A stretch of 64,000 nucleotides of DNA from Candidatus Calditenuaceae archaeon HR02 (GTDB taxonomy: Archaea > Thermoproteota > Nitrososphaeria_A > Caldarchaeales > Calditenuaceae): NCBI GenBank assembly GCA_002898395.1, contig BEHE01000004.1:32001-96000 (forward strand), given 5' to 3'. A program made the translations under genes and the position numbers. Below are positions 28,244-38,139 of the stretch, one piece after another. The notes under the pieces were generated by a model. It had not been told where the DNA came from. It saw only the letters and a list, made by a program, of their open reading frames with translations, and ran no database searches. The number at the start of each line of letters is the position of its first letter. The stretch's first letter is position 1.

Positions 28244-30283
28244 ATGGCTGTAGAGCGGCTACTGAAGGCGACTGTAGTGGCTCCATCGAGTAGCGCGCAA
28301 GAACTTTTGAAGGCGCTGGTAAAGTTCGGGGAGTTCCACCCCTCCTCGCATGAGGACCAAAAACCTGCTAAGATACTTGAGCCGCTATATGAGCGGGCTA
28401 GAAGGATCTTCTTAGAGCTTGAAGCTGCGGCTAGGGAGCTGGAGGTAGAGGCAGGGGGTGGTGTGATAGAGGTCCTTTTGAAAGGTGAGCCGGAGCCCGA
28501 GAGCATAAGCGTCAGAGATTTGGAGGATCTTTTGGAGTCGCTCTCGAGCAGGGCCCAGCCCATCTTATCAGAACTTAGGGGGCTGAACAAGAGGATAGAT
28601 GAGATTAGGCCGGAGATTGAGAGGCTAGAGCGGGAAAGGGATAGGCTCACCATATACGTCCAGCTAGGTCTAGACCTCTCAAGAATATCGCGGCTCAGGC
28701 ACGTATACGCTGCGGCATTCGTAGCCTCGCCCCGCGATGTAGATGAGATAACCAAGTCACTAGAGGAGGCCACAGTCGCCTTCAAGCCGATACAGAAAGA
28801 CATGGCCCTCATGGTCGTTGTGTCGAAACCCTCCCACCGCGAGAAGATTGAGAGAGTTCTGAGGACATTTAACCTTACGCCGGTCGATGTAAGAATTGAT
28901 GAGCCTCTCGGGAAGATCTCTGAGAAGCTTAGGGAGGTTGAGGAGAGGCTTGCTGAGCTGAGGGCCGAGGTTGAGAACTTGGAGGGGAGGAAGAGGTGGA
29001 TTAGGGAGGAGAGGGGGAGGGAGATCGCCACATTGAGGATGCTTGCGCAGGGTGTAATCGACTCTCTCCAGAGAGTGAGAGGTGAGAGGGGTAGGCTACT
29101 AGTTTTAGAGGGTTATATCCCTCAGAGGCTGAGCGGAGACTTCATCCGAGTAGTGGGTGGCAAGGCATACGTCCAATTGTCTCCAACCACCCACCACAAT
29201 GGTTCTGTAGAAAAAATGCCTCCGACCCGTCTTAAGAATAACTGGATTACAGAGTCTTTCAAGCCCGTAACACTCATCCAAGGGCCGCCATCCTACTATG
29301 AAGTGGATCCAACACCATTCGTCTCAATCTTCCTATCAGTATTCTATGGAGTCATGTTTGCAGACCTCGGACAGGGGCTAGTCCTCACCCTTCTTGGCCT
29401 CATCCTCTCGATAAGGGCTAAGAGCGGGTTGAGGCTCTGGGGACGCCTCATAATGATCCTAGGAATCTCGTCGTCTATTGCTGGATTCTTTATACAAGAG
29501 GCGTTCGGGTTTAAGCTTTCACAGGTAACTGGGATGAAGCCTATCCTCGAGCTGATCGAACACCAGGGTGAGTCTGCTGCCATTAGCTCTGAGGCCGTCA
29601 TCAAGCTTTTCACATTTGCACCACTCCTAGGTTTCATTCATGTCTCAATCGGCCTTGCCGTCTCAACCTATATTCTCCTCAAACACGGTGAGGTGGGGGA
29701 GGCCATCTTCTCTAAGGGGGCCTCGCTTGGAATGTACGTCTGCGGGCTTCTTTTCGCTCTTGCATTCATCACCACGCGAGGCTTCGAGACCCTGCTCAAC
29801 AGCACCCAGCCAGTCCCGCTTCTGGGGCTTCCAGCCAGCCTTGTCGGAGCCATAGGAGTCTATGGATTGTTGACCTGCATGGCTCTGATCGTTGGAGGAA
29901 GAGTTGTAGGATCATTCCTAAACCTCTTTCCACGGGGGAGTGTAGTTGGGTATTTCGGGACAGGGCTTCTCGAAATACTTGAGAACATAATCCACTTCAT
30001 GTCGAACACCCTCAGCTATCTCAGGATCTCCATACTAATGATAATCCACGTTGCCTTGATGCTCTTGATTAACTCGGCATGGGAGGCACTGGGCATAGCC
30101 TCGATAGGAATACTAGTGATCGGTAACATAGGCGTTATGGGGCTTGAGGGACTGCTCGTCTTCATACAGGCTCTTAGGCTTCACCTCTACGAGTTCTTCA
30201 CCAAGTTCTTCACGGGAGAAGGCATAATCTTTAGACCACTCTCACTCAACTCTGAGAGGATAAGGGTTGTTTTCAGGGATTAG
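28244..30283 (+). CDS. atpI: A/V-type ATP synthase subunit I (a)
   Basis: PPTRLKN, EVDPTP, FYGVMFADLGQG, SNTLSYLRI, QALRLHLYEFFTKF. Confidence 0.95.
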   Translation: MAVERLLKATVVAPSSSAQELLKALVKFGEFHPSSHEDQKPAKILEPLYERARRIFLELEAAARELEVEAGGGVIEVLLKGEPEPESISVRDLEDLLESLSSRAQPILSELRGLNKRIDEIRPEIERLERERDRLTIYVQLGLDLSRISRLRHVYAAAFVASPRDVDEITKSLEEATVAFKPIQKDMALMVVVSKPSHREKIERVLRTFNLTPVDVRIDEPLGKISEKLREVEERLAELRAEVENLEGRKRWIREERGREIATLRMLAQGVIDSLQRVRGERGRLLVLEGYIPQRLSGDFIRVVGGKAYVQLSPTTHHNGSVEKMPPTRLKNNWITESFKPVTLIQGPPSYYEVDPTPFVSIFLSVFYGVMFADLGQGLVLTLLGLILSIRAKSGLRLWGRLIMILGISSSIAGFFIQEAFGFKLSQVTGMKPILELIEHQGESAAISSEAVIKLFTFAPLLGFIHVSIGLAVSTYILLKHGEVGEAIFSKGASLGMYVCGLLFALAFITTRGFETLLNSTQPVPLLGLPASLVGAIGVYGLLTCMALIVGGRVVGSFLNLFPRGSVVGYFGTGLLEILENIIHFMSNTLSYLRISILMIIHVALMLLINSAWEALGIASIGILVIGNIGVMGLEGLLVFIQALRLHLYEFFTKFFTGEGIIFRPLSLNSERIRVVFRD

Positions 30284-30385
30284 TAGGGCTCACCACCCTG
30301 TTTAATCTTTAGAGACGAGTTCTTCTATTCTTAGAATTGAGGCATGCAAATATACTCCCGGCTGTAGGGGGTTATTGTAGGTGTC

Positions 30386-31579
30386 TTGCTAGCGATTAAG
30401 GGTGGAAGACCGGTCCGTTCAGAGCCGTTTCCAAGCTGGCCAGTCTGGGGTAGGGAGGAAGAGGAGATGCTCTTGTCGGCCCTGAGGTCTGGGGTTTGGG
30501 GGCTGGGAGGCCAGCTGGTGGAGCGGTTCGGCGAGGAATTTGCGGGCTATGCAGGGTGTAAGCATGGTGTACCCTGCATGAACGGCACCACAGCCTTGAA
30601 GATCGCCCTGAAAACACTGGGCATCGGCCCAGGAGACAGAGTGATAACAACGCCATACACGTTTGTCGCCACCTCCTCTGTACTAGTAGAGCTCGGAGCA
30701 ATACCTGTTTACGTCGACGTAGTGGAGGGCGGGGTTAATATAGACTCAAGGCTTGTTTGGGAGACTATTGACAGCGGCGTAAAAGCCATCCTTCCAGTCC
30801 ACGTGGGCGGGCATCCCGTGGAGATGGATCTAGTTCTTAAGGCCTCAGAAAGCCTGGGCGTGCCTGTGGTTGAGGATGCTGCAGAGGCCCATGGTGCCGA
30901 GTGGAAGGGTAGGAGGGTGGGGAGCCTGGGCGTTATGGGGTGTTTTAGCTTCCAGTCCAGCAAGGTGATGACGAGCGGTGAGGGGGGGATTATCACTTTG
31001 AATGACTCGGAGCTGGCGGAGACCTGTAGGGCCCTAGTAAACTGTGGACGGAGTCTTGGCAGGGACTGGTATGAGGGCGATCTTCTAGGCTACAATTACA
31101 GGATGACAGAGTTTCAGGCAGCCATACTTCTGTCCCAGCTGAGGAGGTTGGATGAGCAGATCGAGAGGCGTCAGAGGAATTTTGAGGAGCTGGCGAGGCT
31201 GTGCAGGGACTTGGAGGGGTTCAGGCTGATTACGCCCCCCCACGGCACTGATAGGACTCCCCACTACCTCGTTATAATTCAGGCGGATGGGGAGTACTTT
31301 AGGGGTGTCTCAAAACAGAAGATTGTTGAAGCACTACGTGGCGAGGGGGTACCTGCGTCGGTAGGATGGCCCATGCCGCTATACCGCTTTCCACCAATCA
31401 AGAGATACCTTGAGCACCATGGTGTCAGAGTCAGTCAGGGCGAGTTTCCCAATACGGAGAAGGCGGCCTCCGAGTTTCTATTCGTGCACCACAGGGTGTT
31501 GTTAGGTGGTCGTAGGGAGGTGGAGGATGTTTACAAGGCCTTGAAGAAGGTTGAACAGCACGCGGGTGAGATGGCATGA
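30386..31579 (+). CDS. DegT/DnrJ/EryC1/StrS PLP aminotransferase
   Basis: NGTTAL, TFVAT, VEDAAEAHG, SFQSSKVMTSGEGG, GYNYRMTEFQAA. Confidence 0.92.
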   Translation: MLAIKGGRPVRSEPFPSWPVWGREEEEMLLSALRSGVWGLGGQLVERFGEEFAGYAGCKHGVPCMNGTTALKIALKTLGIGPGDRVITTPYTFVATSSVLVELGAIPVYVDVVEGGVNIDSRLVWETIDSGVKAILPVHVGGHPVEMDLVLKASESLGVPVVEDAAEAHGAEWKGRRVGSLGVMGCFSFQSSKVMTSGEGGIITLNDSELAETCRALVNCGRSLGRDWYEGDLLGYNYRMTEFQAAILLSQLRRLDEQIERRQRNFEELARLCRDLEGFRLITPPHGTDRTPHYLVIIQADGEYFRGVSKQKIVEALRGEGVPASVGWPMPLYRFPPIKRYLEHHGVRVSQGEFPNTEKAASEFLFVHHRVLLGGRREVEDVYKALKKVEQHAGEMA

Positions 31580-32826
31580 ATCTTTTAGTCTTTGAGGATG
31601 AGGCTTGGCGGAACTTTAAACAGCTCACGTACATTAGGCCCGTATACCGGATATTCACCACCAACGGCCCCCTCATAAAAAACATCTTGAAAAACTTCAG
31701 GGATGTCAAGGTGTACACCTATGCGAGAGAATACTTGGGGAGGATAGAGAATGAGCGCGACCCATCAGTGAAATTCAATTCAATCCCTGAACATGATGAG
31801 GAGGCCCTATTAATTAATGGGCTGGCAAGGAGGCCTGAACTCGTAGCCTCGCTCGCCGAGAAAACAGGGGGGCGCGAGTTCATCCTCTTGGCTGAGGGCA
31901 GGTTTCTAGCAGCTAGGCTGAGAGGCGAGAGGGTTGCAGAGGTCGAGAAGCCTGCCGACATACTGGAGAGGTTGGCCTCGTTAATAGGTGTAGTTGAGAC
32001 ACTCGAAGCTCCTGCAGAGTCCATCTACCATTATCCATGGGAGGTTTTAGACGGCCAGCGTCTATCTGCTCCACGTTTAGAGGGGGAGCTCCAGCTTGAC
32101 AACAGGGTTGCAGTCCTCGGTGACCCGGCAAGCATGTCTATTCCGGCAAGCTGTGAGGTCGAGCCCTTCACCGTAATCGATACGCGGAGGGGGCCAGTCA
32201 TCCTGGGCGAGCGTGTGAAGATTGAGTCTGGGACCAAATTGATCGGGCCATGTGTTATTGGTGAAGACTCGATAGTTTATGGCGGGAGGGTGGGGCCGCA
32301 TCTCTACACCGGCCCAGTCTGCCGCATATCGGCAGAGATAGAATACGCCATAATGTATGGCTATAGCAATAAGCACCACTATGGGTACATCGGGCACTCC
32401 ATTATCGGGGAGTGGGTCAACATAGCCGCGGGAACTACTACGTCAAACCTCAAGACGACTTACGGCGAGATAAAAGTGATCCTCGACGGGAGAGTCATCC
32501 ACACTGGGAGACAATTCCTAGGCTCAGTGATAGGAGACCATGTACGCACTATGATCGATACATCCATAATGACGGGAAAGCTGGTCGGGCCATTCAACGT
32601 CCTAAGCGGCGTGGTGGCCAAGAACATTCCACCCTTCACAGGGATTAATTTCAATAGGGAGATGTATGAGCTCGAGCTGGAGGCTGAGCTTAGAGTCATG
32701 GAAAGGATGATGAAGAGAAGGGGGTTAAAGCCTAGTGAAAACTACTTAGAGCTTATAAGTCATCTCTACGAGCTCACTAGGCCTGAAAGGAAGGATCAGC
32801 TGGGGCACAGGACCGACCATCCTTGA
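31576..32826 (+). CDS. GlmU-related putative sugar nucleotidyl/acyltransferase with left-handed beta-helix
   Basis: LTYIRPV N-terminus, LLING, hexapeptide repeats, NKHHYGYIGHSIIGEWVNIAAGTTTSNLK. Confidence 0.8.
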   Translation: MNLLVFEDEAWRNFKQLTYIRPVYRIFTTNGPLIKNILKNFRDVKVYTYAREYLGRIENERDPSVKFNSIPEHDEEALLINGLARRPELVASLAEKTGGREFILLAEGRFLAARLRGERVAEVEKPADILERLASLIGVVETLEAPAESIYHYPWEVLDGQRLSAPRLEGELQLDNRVAVLGDPASMSIPASCEVEPFTVIDTRRGPVILGERVKIESGTKLIGPCVIGEDSIVYGGRVGPHLYTGPVCRISAEIEYAIMYGYSNKHHYGYIGHSIIGEWVNIAAGTTTSNLKTTYGEIKVILDGRVIHTGRQFLGSVIGDHVRTMIDTSIMTGKLVGPFNVLSGVVAKNIPPFTGINFNREMYELELEAELRVMERMMKRRGLKPSENYLELISHLYELTRPERKDQLGHRTDHP

Positions 32827-34100
32827 GCAGCCCACCACGCTTCATACTCGTCGGATGCGGCCTAATGGGTAAGAGACATATACGGGGGCTCGCGGAGGCT
32901 AGGCGGCACGGGCTATGCAGTGCGAGGCTTGTAGGTGTTATTGATAAGGTTCCCGAGAGAGCCTCGGAGGCCGCAGAGCTCGCTGAGAAGCTGCTTGGTG
33001 AAAGGCCAGCCGTTTTCACCTCGTTAGAGGATGCTATGAAAGGCGCCGAGCTTGAAGCAGCCGACATATGCACAGAGCCTGCCTCGCACCACTTAGTCGC
33101 CGAGCCACTCCTAGAGGCTGGTGTCAGCTGCCTCGTTGAAAAACCACTCTCAATAACTGTGAGAGGTTGCCGGCGGATCTTGGACGCCTCCGTCAGGGGT
33201 GGAGCAGTGCTAGCTGTTGCTGAGAACTATAGGAGAGACCCCGTAAACAGGTTGGCCAAGGCCGTCATAGATGGTGGCGAACTGGGCCGCTGGATTGGGG
33301 CTCTGCATATAATTGCCGGTGGAGGAGATGCTGTACTATTGTCCGCATGGAGGCATAAACTGGCTGGAGGAATATTGATCGACCTTTGCTGCCACTACAT
33401 GGACATCTATAACTATTTTTTCGGGGCGCCGGAGAAGGTGTCTGGGTTCGCCGCACTCCTCAGAAAAGTGAGGTATGCCAGAGAAGCCGGAGGCTTGGCT
33501 GTGAGGAAAACCCCGGTTGAGGCGGAGGCCGAAGACTCCCTCGACGCGACTCTACACTACAGAGATGAAATCGTTGCTAAATTCATCGCGAACCTCGCCG
33601 TCACTGGCGAGGGTGTTTGGCATAGGCTTGTCTTCCTTGAGGGCGGCTCAATAGAGATACCAATGGAGAGGACGGGTGAGCCGCTGAAAATCTCCAAGCC
33701 TCTTGACCAAGACTACCTCGAATTGATGCCTCACACAACATTCCTAGGTCAGAAGCCGGGAGAGCCTTATAAAGTCTCACCAACCGCAGCGGAGGAAATC
33801 TATGACAGGGAGACCAGAATCCTCTTTCCCGGAATACTCAACGGGTATAGAATGGACTTCTGGGAGGCGGACCGCAAGCTAATAGCGCTGGAGCTCGCTG
33901 ACTTCTTCCACTGCGTAGAGGAGGGGGGAGTCCCTGAGACTGGAGGTAGGGAGGGGATGCTCTCAGTAGCCATGGTTATTGCAGCTCTCGAGTCATCCTA
34001 TGCAGGGAAAAGTGTCAGGCTCGAGGATGTGCTGGACCTCAAGATTGAGGGTTATCAGGAAAGGGTAAACAGAGAAATCGGGCTAATCTCAGATAAATAG
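32823..34100 (+). CDS. Gfo/Idh/MocA family NAD(P)-dependent oxidoreductase
   Basis: VGCGLMG..H, LVEKPL, AENYRRDP, GGILIDLCCHYMD. Confidence 0.9.
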   Translation: MSSPPRFILVGCGLMGKRHIRGLAEARRHGLCSARLVGVIDKVPERASEAAELAEKLLGERPAVFTSLEDAMKGAELEAADICTEPASHHLVAEPLLEAGVSCLVEKPLSITVRGCRRILDASVRGGAVLAVAENYRRDPVNRLAKAVIDGGELGRWIGALHIIAGGGDAVLLSAWRHKLAGGILIDLCCHYMDIYNYFFGAPEKVSGFAALLRKVRYAREAGGLAVRKTPVEAEAEDSLDATLHYRDEIVAKFIANLAVTGEGVWHRLVFLEGGSIEIPMERTGEPLKISKPLDQDYLELMPHTTFLGQKPGEPYKVSPTAAEEIYDRETRILFPGILNGYRMDFWEADRKLIALELADFFHCVEEGGVPETGGREGMLSVAMVIAALESSYAGKSVRLEDVLDLKIEGYQERVNREIGLISDK

Positions 34101-34118
34101 AGGGGCTACACTATAGAG

Positions 34119-34745
34119 TTGGCTATGGAGATAGCGATAGGTGTGGCGTCTTTTCAGGGAGACGTCGAAGAACATTTAGCCGCATTGAGGGAGGCTGTGA
34201 AGAAAATAGGGGTCAGAGGCACTGTCTCCACTACAAGGCTACCTGAGGAGATTGAGAGCGTGGACGCCGTAGTGATTCCGGGCGGTGAGAGCACGGTTAT
34301 AGCGAAGCTATCAAGCTACAAAAAATCCCTAGACGTGCTTAAGAACAGAATCAACGAGGGGCTGCCCGTGCTAGGCACGTGTGCAGGACTGATAATGCTG
34401 GCTAGAAGGGTTTACGACCGCGTCGTCGGGGAGACTGGACAGCCGGTCCTCGGAGTCCTAGACATACTTGTTGAGCGCAACACCTATGGGAGGCAGAGAG
34501 ACTCCTTTGAGGCCCAAATCGATATACCTGCTCTCGGATTGAAGTCGTTCAGGGCCGTCTTCATAAGGGCACCAGCAATACTTGAGACAGGTCCCGGAGT
34601 AGAGGTTCTAGCCAGCTTTGCGGACAAACCTGTAGCTGTGAGACAGGGCAACATACTGGGGACCACATTCCACCCCGAATTATCTGGAAGCACAGTGTTC
34701 CACGAGGAGCTGATAAGGCTCGCAACCAGCTACAAGTCTCGATAA
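34119..34745 (+). CDS. pdxT: PLP synthase glutaminase subunit
   Basis: QGDVEEH, IPGGEST, GTCAGLI, RNTYGRQRDSFE, FIRAP, FHPEL. Confidence 0.96.
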   Translation: MAMEIAIGVASFQGDVEEHLAALREAVKKIGVRGTVSTTRLPEEIESVDAVVIPGGESTVIAKLSSYKKSLDVLKNRINEGLPVLGTCAGLIMLARRVYDRVVGETGQPVLGVLDILVERNTYGRQRDSFEAQIDIPALGLKSFRAVFIRAPAILETGPGVEVLASFADKPVAVRQGNILGTTFHPELSGSTVFHEELIRLATSYKSR

Positions 34746-34788
34746 GCTACATCATAGTAAAATAAAGGGAGCGGAGGTCTTAGATGAG

Positions 34789-35109
34789 TTGGGAATAAAG
34801 ATGCTTGAGAAGCTCTCAGAGAAGAGAAACGACGTGATTGGTAGAAGCGAGCTTAAGCTCTCGGCCTTGGTTGAGAGTGGCACCCCGAGTAGGGGGGATG
34901 CCCTTAAGGCTGTCTCCGATTGGCTGAAAGTCGAGGCAAACAGGATATCTATCGTGAAGATAGAGCCAAGCTTCGGCTCGCCGAAATCCCTTATACATGT
35001 CAGGGTATACGACTCTCCCCACACATTAATGCTCTTCGAGCCTCGATATAGGCTTGTCAGGCTAGGCGTGATCCAGGCTGAGAAAGATAAGGGGAAAGCG
35101 GCGGCATAG
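34789..35109 (+). CDS. rps24e: 30S ribosomal protein eS24
   Basis: RNDVIGRSE, GTPSR, IEPSFG, VRVYDS, FEPRYRL. Confidence 0.9.
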   Translation: MGIKMLEKLSEKRNDVIGRSELKLSALVESGTPSRGDALKAVSDWLKVEANRISIVKIEPSFGSPKSLIHVRVYDSPHTLMLFEPRYRLVRLGVIQAEKDKGKAAA

Positions 35110-35181
35110 AGGCCGGCAAAAATGTAATTATTGGATATGTATTTAAGTAGTCGTCATTTTTCATACGTCGGGTGACCATAG

Positions 35182-35529
35182 TTGGCAATGCCTGAGCCCG
35201 AAGACGAGGAGCTTGAGGAGATCCGGCGAAGGAAAATGGCTGAGCTACAGGCTCGGGCCGCACAGGAGGAGGCTAGGAGGCGAGCTGAGGCGGAGAAGGC
35301 AGCCATTCTACGCGTAGTCTTGACGCAAGAGGCCCGGCAGAGGCTTGCAAACATTCGGATGGCGCGGCCTGAAGTAGCCGAGGCGGTGGAGAACTACCTA
35401 GTGAACCTCGCCCGCTCAGGTAATCTTAAGTCCCAGATCACCGACGACCTCCTAAGACAGATTCTAGAGAAAGTGATGCCCCCGAAACGGGAGACTAAGA
35501 TAGTGAGGATGAGCAGGGACGAGCTGTGA
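35182..35529 (+). CDS. PDCD5-like dsDNA-binding protein
   Basis: DEELEEIRRRKMAEL, LTQEARQRLANIRMARPE, ITDDLLRQIL. Confidence 0.92.
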   Translation: MAMPEPEDEELEEIRRRKMAELQARAAQEEARRRAEAEKAAILRVVLTQEARQRLANIRMARPEVAEAVENYLVNLARSGNLKSQITDDLLRQILEKVMPPKRETKIVRMSRDEL

Positions 35530-35578
35530 TCTCTAACACTCATATAGAGCTGGGTTAGAGACTAGATGGTGAGAAGGG

Positions 35579-35731
35579 ATGGCTAAGACTCTCCCGCTTA
35601 AGAAGCGTCTCGCCTCAGCCTTGAAGCGGGCCGAGAGTGTCCCTGCCTGGATAGTCCTTAGGACTGGCGGGGAGATTAGGACAAGCCGTAGGCGAAGAAA
35701 CTGGCGTCACTCAAGCCCTATTAAGCCCTAG
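35579..35731 (+). CDS. rpl39e: 50S ribosomal protein eL39 (not in the ORF track)
   Basis: Manual translation MAKTLPLKKRLASALKRAESVPAWIVLRTGGEIRTSRRRRNWRHSSPIKP; position before rpl31e. Confidence 0.93.
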   Translation: MAKTLPLKKRLASALKRAESVPAWIVLRTGGEIRTSRRRRNWRHSSPIKP

Positions 35732-35742
35732 GTGATAAGCTA

Positions 35743-36027
35743 ATGTCTCAACTCCGTAAGGAGGTAACATTGAACTTGAGGGAGGCTTACGAGGCCCCCA
35801 AGCTCCGCAGAGCAAAGCGGGCCTTGAACATTATACGTGAGAAGGCGGCTCGAATAGCGAAGACTGAGAGGGTGAAGATATCGGAAGAGTTGGCTAGGTT
35901 CATCTTCTCCAGAAGCATTGAACGCCCTCCCAGGAAGGTTACGGTAGTCGTTGAGAAGGACGAGGAGGGTGAAGCTATTGTGAGCCTGGGGGGTGAGGTG
36001 GCTGCCGAGCAGGGCGCAGACCAATAG
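35743..36027 (+). CDS. rpl31e: 50S ribosomal protein eL31
   Basis: TLNLREA..RRAKRALNIIRE..RSIERPPRKVTV. Confidence 0.94.
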   Translation: MSQLRKEVTLNLREAYEAPKLRRAKRALNIIREKAARIAKTERVKISEELARFIFSRSIERPPRKVTVVVEKDEEGEAIVSLGGEVAAEQGADQ

Positions 36028-36691
36028 CGTACTTTTCGTCGACGTTTTTGGCACACCCTACATAGGTCTCTTCGCGGCGAACAGTGAAGACCTCCTAATA
36101 GTTCCGCCTGGCCTCCCCCCTAGAAAGGTCGGACTCATGGCTGGCATTCTGGGCTCAGAACCCGTCCAAACATACATTGCGGGATCCATCCTTATAGGCC
36201 CGCTCGTCTGCATTAACAGCACCGGCGTCATACTGCCGAAAACGATCTTAGACGATGAAGTATCACAGATAAGGTCTGCAGCTCCCGACCTCAATGTCTA
36301 CATCTACAGGGGTAAGGAGACTGCGATGGGTAATTTGGTGAGCGCCAACGACCACTGTGCCGTAATATCTCCAGACGTCCAGTCCGGCGAGGTTAGGGCA
36401 ATAGCCGATACCTTGGGGGTGGAGGCCATATCCATGACAATTGCTGGTAGAAAGCATGTAGGCTCAATCTGCCTACTCACCAACCGTGGGGGATTAATCC
36501 ATGTCGATGCGACTGATGAAGAGGTTAGAGTCATCGAAGAGTACTCGAAGGTTAGGATCCTGAGGGCTACTGTGAACAATGGAAACCTTTTCGTAAAGAG
36601 CGGAGTGCTCGCAAACACTAAAGGGGCCCTGATAGGGGCGAGGACTGTTGGGCCAGAGTTAATGACAATATCTACCGCACTGGGTCTATAG
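35993..36691 (+). CDS. eif6: Translation initiation factor aIF6
   Basis: PYIGLF, IAGSILIG, GNLVSAND, TNRGGLIH, ATVNNG, TVGPEL; start uncertain. Confidence 0.92.
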   Translation: MRWLPSRAQTNSVLFVDVFGTPYIGLFAANSEDLLIVPPGLPPRKVGLMAGILGSEPVQTYIAGSILIGPLVCINSTGVILPKTILDDEVSQIRSAAPDLNVYIYRGKETAMGNLVSANDHCAVISPDVQSGEVRAIADTLGVEAISMTIAGRKHVGSICLLTNRGGLIHVDATDEEVRVIEEYSKVRILRATVNNGNLFVKSGVLANTKGALIGARTVGPELMTISTALGL

Positions 36692-36777
36692 CACATCCTT
36701 AACCGGATGTTTCGGAATACTAAGACGTCTCAGAAACTGTATTTATATTATCGTTACACACTATTTGCCCTGAGGGA

Positions 36778-37230
36778 ATGAGTGTCAAGATATCCCGCGA
36801 AGACGTTGAACGGGCCCTATCGGAGCTGACAGTTTTAGAGAGGATAGCCCGCGAACTCCAGGCTAGGCTTCTAGCTTTAGAGAGCTCTATAGGCGAACAC
36901 AATAGATGTCTAGAACTTCTCGACGAGATGGCGAAGTCCCAGGGCGAGATCAGGGGACTAATGCCGATTGGGGGAGGCGTCCTAGTAGAAGGTGTTATAA
37001 CGAATCCAGACGTCTTCAAGGTAAACATAGGCGATAACGTGTTTATCGAGATGTCGTTAGATAAGTGTCGCGGCTGGCTACTAGCTAGGAAGCAGAGGCT
37101 GGAGCAGGCGAGGGTAGAGGCTGGCCGGGCCTTACAGTCATATTCAGAGAGGATTGAGGCTATTAGAAGGTTTCTCGCCTCTATAGAGAAGGTTGCTGGC
37201 CCAGAGCCGGCTGGTGAGGGTGGAACCTAG
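36778..37230 (+). CDS. pfdA: Prefoldin subunit alpha
   Basis: Coiled coils flanking LMPIGGGV..VNIGDNVFIEMS hairpins; syntenic with aIF6 and ftsY. Confidence 0.9.
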   Translation: MSVKISREDVERALSELTVLERIARELQARLLALESSIGEHNRCLELLDEMAKSQGEIRGLMPIGGGVLVEGVITNPDVFKVNIGDNVFIEMSLDKCRGWLLARKQRLEQARVEAGRALQSYSERIEAIRRFLASIEKVAGPEPAGEGGT

Positions 37231-38139
37231 ATGCTGGAGGGCCTCAAGAAGGCCTTCCAAACACTTACTGAAAGAGTTTCCAAGACAAGGCTTTCTGAAA
37301 AGGAGCTCAGAGACGCGCTCGAAGATTTCAAAATCCAACTAGTGAGCAGCGACGTCTCGATCGAGACATCAGAGCATATTGCTGAGCTTTTGAGGCCTAG
37401 GCTCGCGGAGGTTCAGGTTCCGCGATTTGGCGGTGGCGAAGAGACCATCATGAAGGTCTACCGAGATGTGCTCTCTGAGATTCTGCTGGATGCTTCCCCT
37501 GAAAAACTGCTCGAAGAGATCAGGTTGAAGAAGGATACTAGTGGGGAGCCTTACGTCATACTTTTCGTCGGACCCAATGGAGGAGGGAAAACTACAACTA
37601 TAGCAAAGATTGCATGGTGGCTCAAGAAGAATCGTTTAATTCCTGTTCTAGCATGTGCTGACACGTTCAGGGCTGCAGCCATAGAGCAGGCGAAGAAATT
37701 GGCGGCACAGGTTGGGATTCGAGCAGTTAGTCAGCGATACGGGGCCGATCCAGCTGCGGTAGCTGTGGACACTATAATATCTGCTAAGGGCGGACGGGAA
37801 TCAGTGGTGCTGATAGATACGGCTGGCAGGAGTGAAGCGAAAAAGAACCTTCTCGAGGAGATGAAGAAGATAAAGAGGACCTCAAACCCCGACTGTGTTA
37901 TACTTGTGCTAGACTCATTGACTGGTTCCACAGCCCGCGAGCAGGCTCGGATATTCCATAACGATGTGGGGGTCAACTATGTTATACTCACAAAGATGGA
38001 TAGCGATTCAAGAGGTGGTCTGGCCTTAACCGTCTGCCACGAGATAAAGAGGCCGATACTATTCATTGGAGTTGGACAAGGTCTTGACGACCTAATACCA
38101 TTCCAAAAAGAGTTCCTATTAGAGAGGATTCTAGCCTAG
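37231..38139 (+). CDS. ftsY: SRP receptor FtsY
   Basis: GPNGGGKTTTIAK, ADTFRAAAIEQ, DTAGR, TKMD, GVGQ. Confidence 0.95.
   Translation: MLEGLKKAFQTLTERVSKTRLSEKELRDALEDFKIQLVSSDVSIETSEHIAELLRPRLAEVQVPRFGGGEETIMKVYRDVLSEILLDASPEKLLEEIRLKKDTSGEPYVILFVGPNGGGKTTTIAKIAWWLKKNRLIPVLACADTFRAAAIEQAKKLAAQVGIRAVSQRYGADPAAVAVDTIISAKGGRESVVLIDTAGRSEAKKNLLEEMKKIKRTSNPDCVILVLDSLTGSTAREQARIFHNDVGVNYVILTKMDSDSRGGLALTVCHEIKRPILFIGVGQGLDDLIPFQKEFLLERILA

Noticed and set aside
28219-29031. 270-aa Ser-rich antisense ORF
   Set aside because: Shadow frame of the Glu/Arg/Leu-rich atpI
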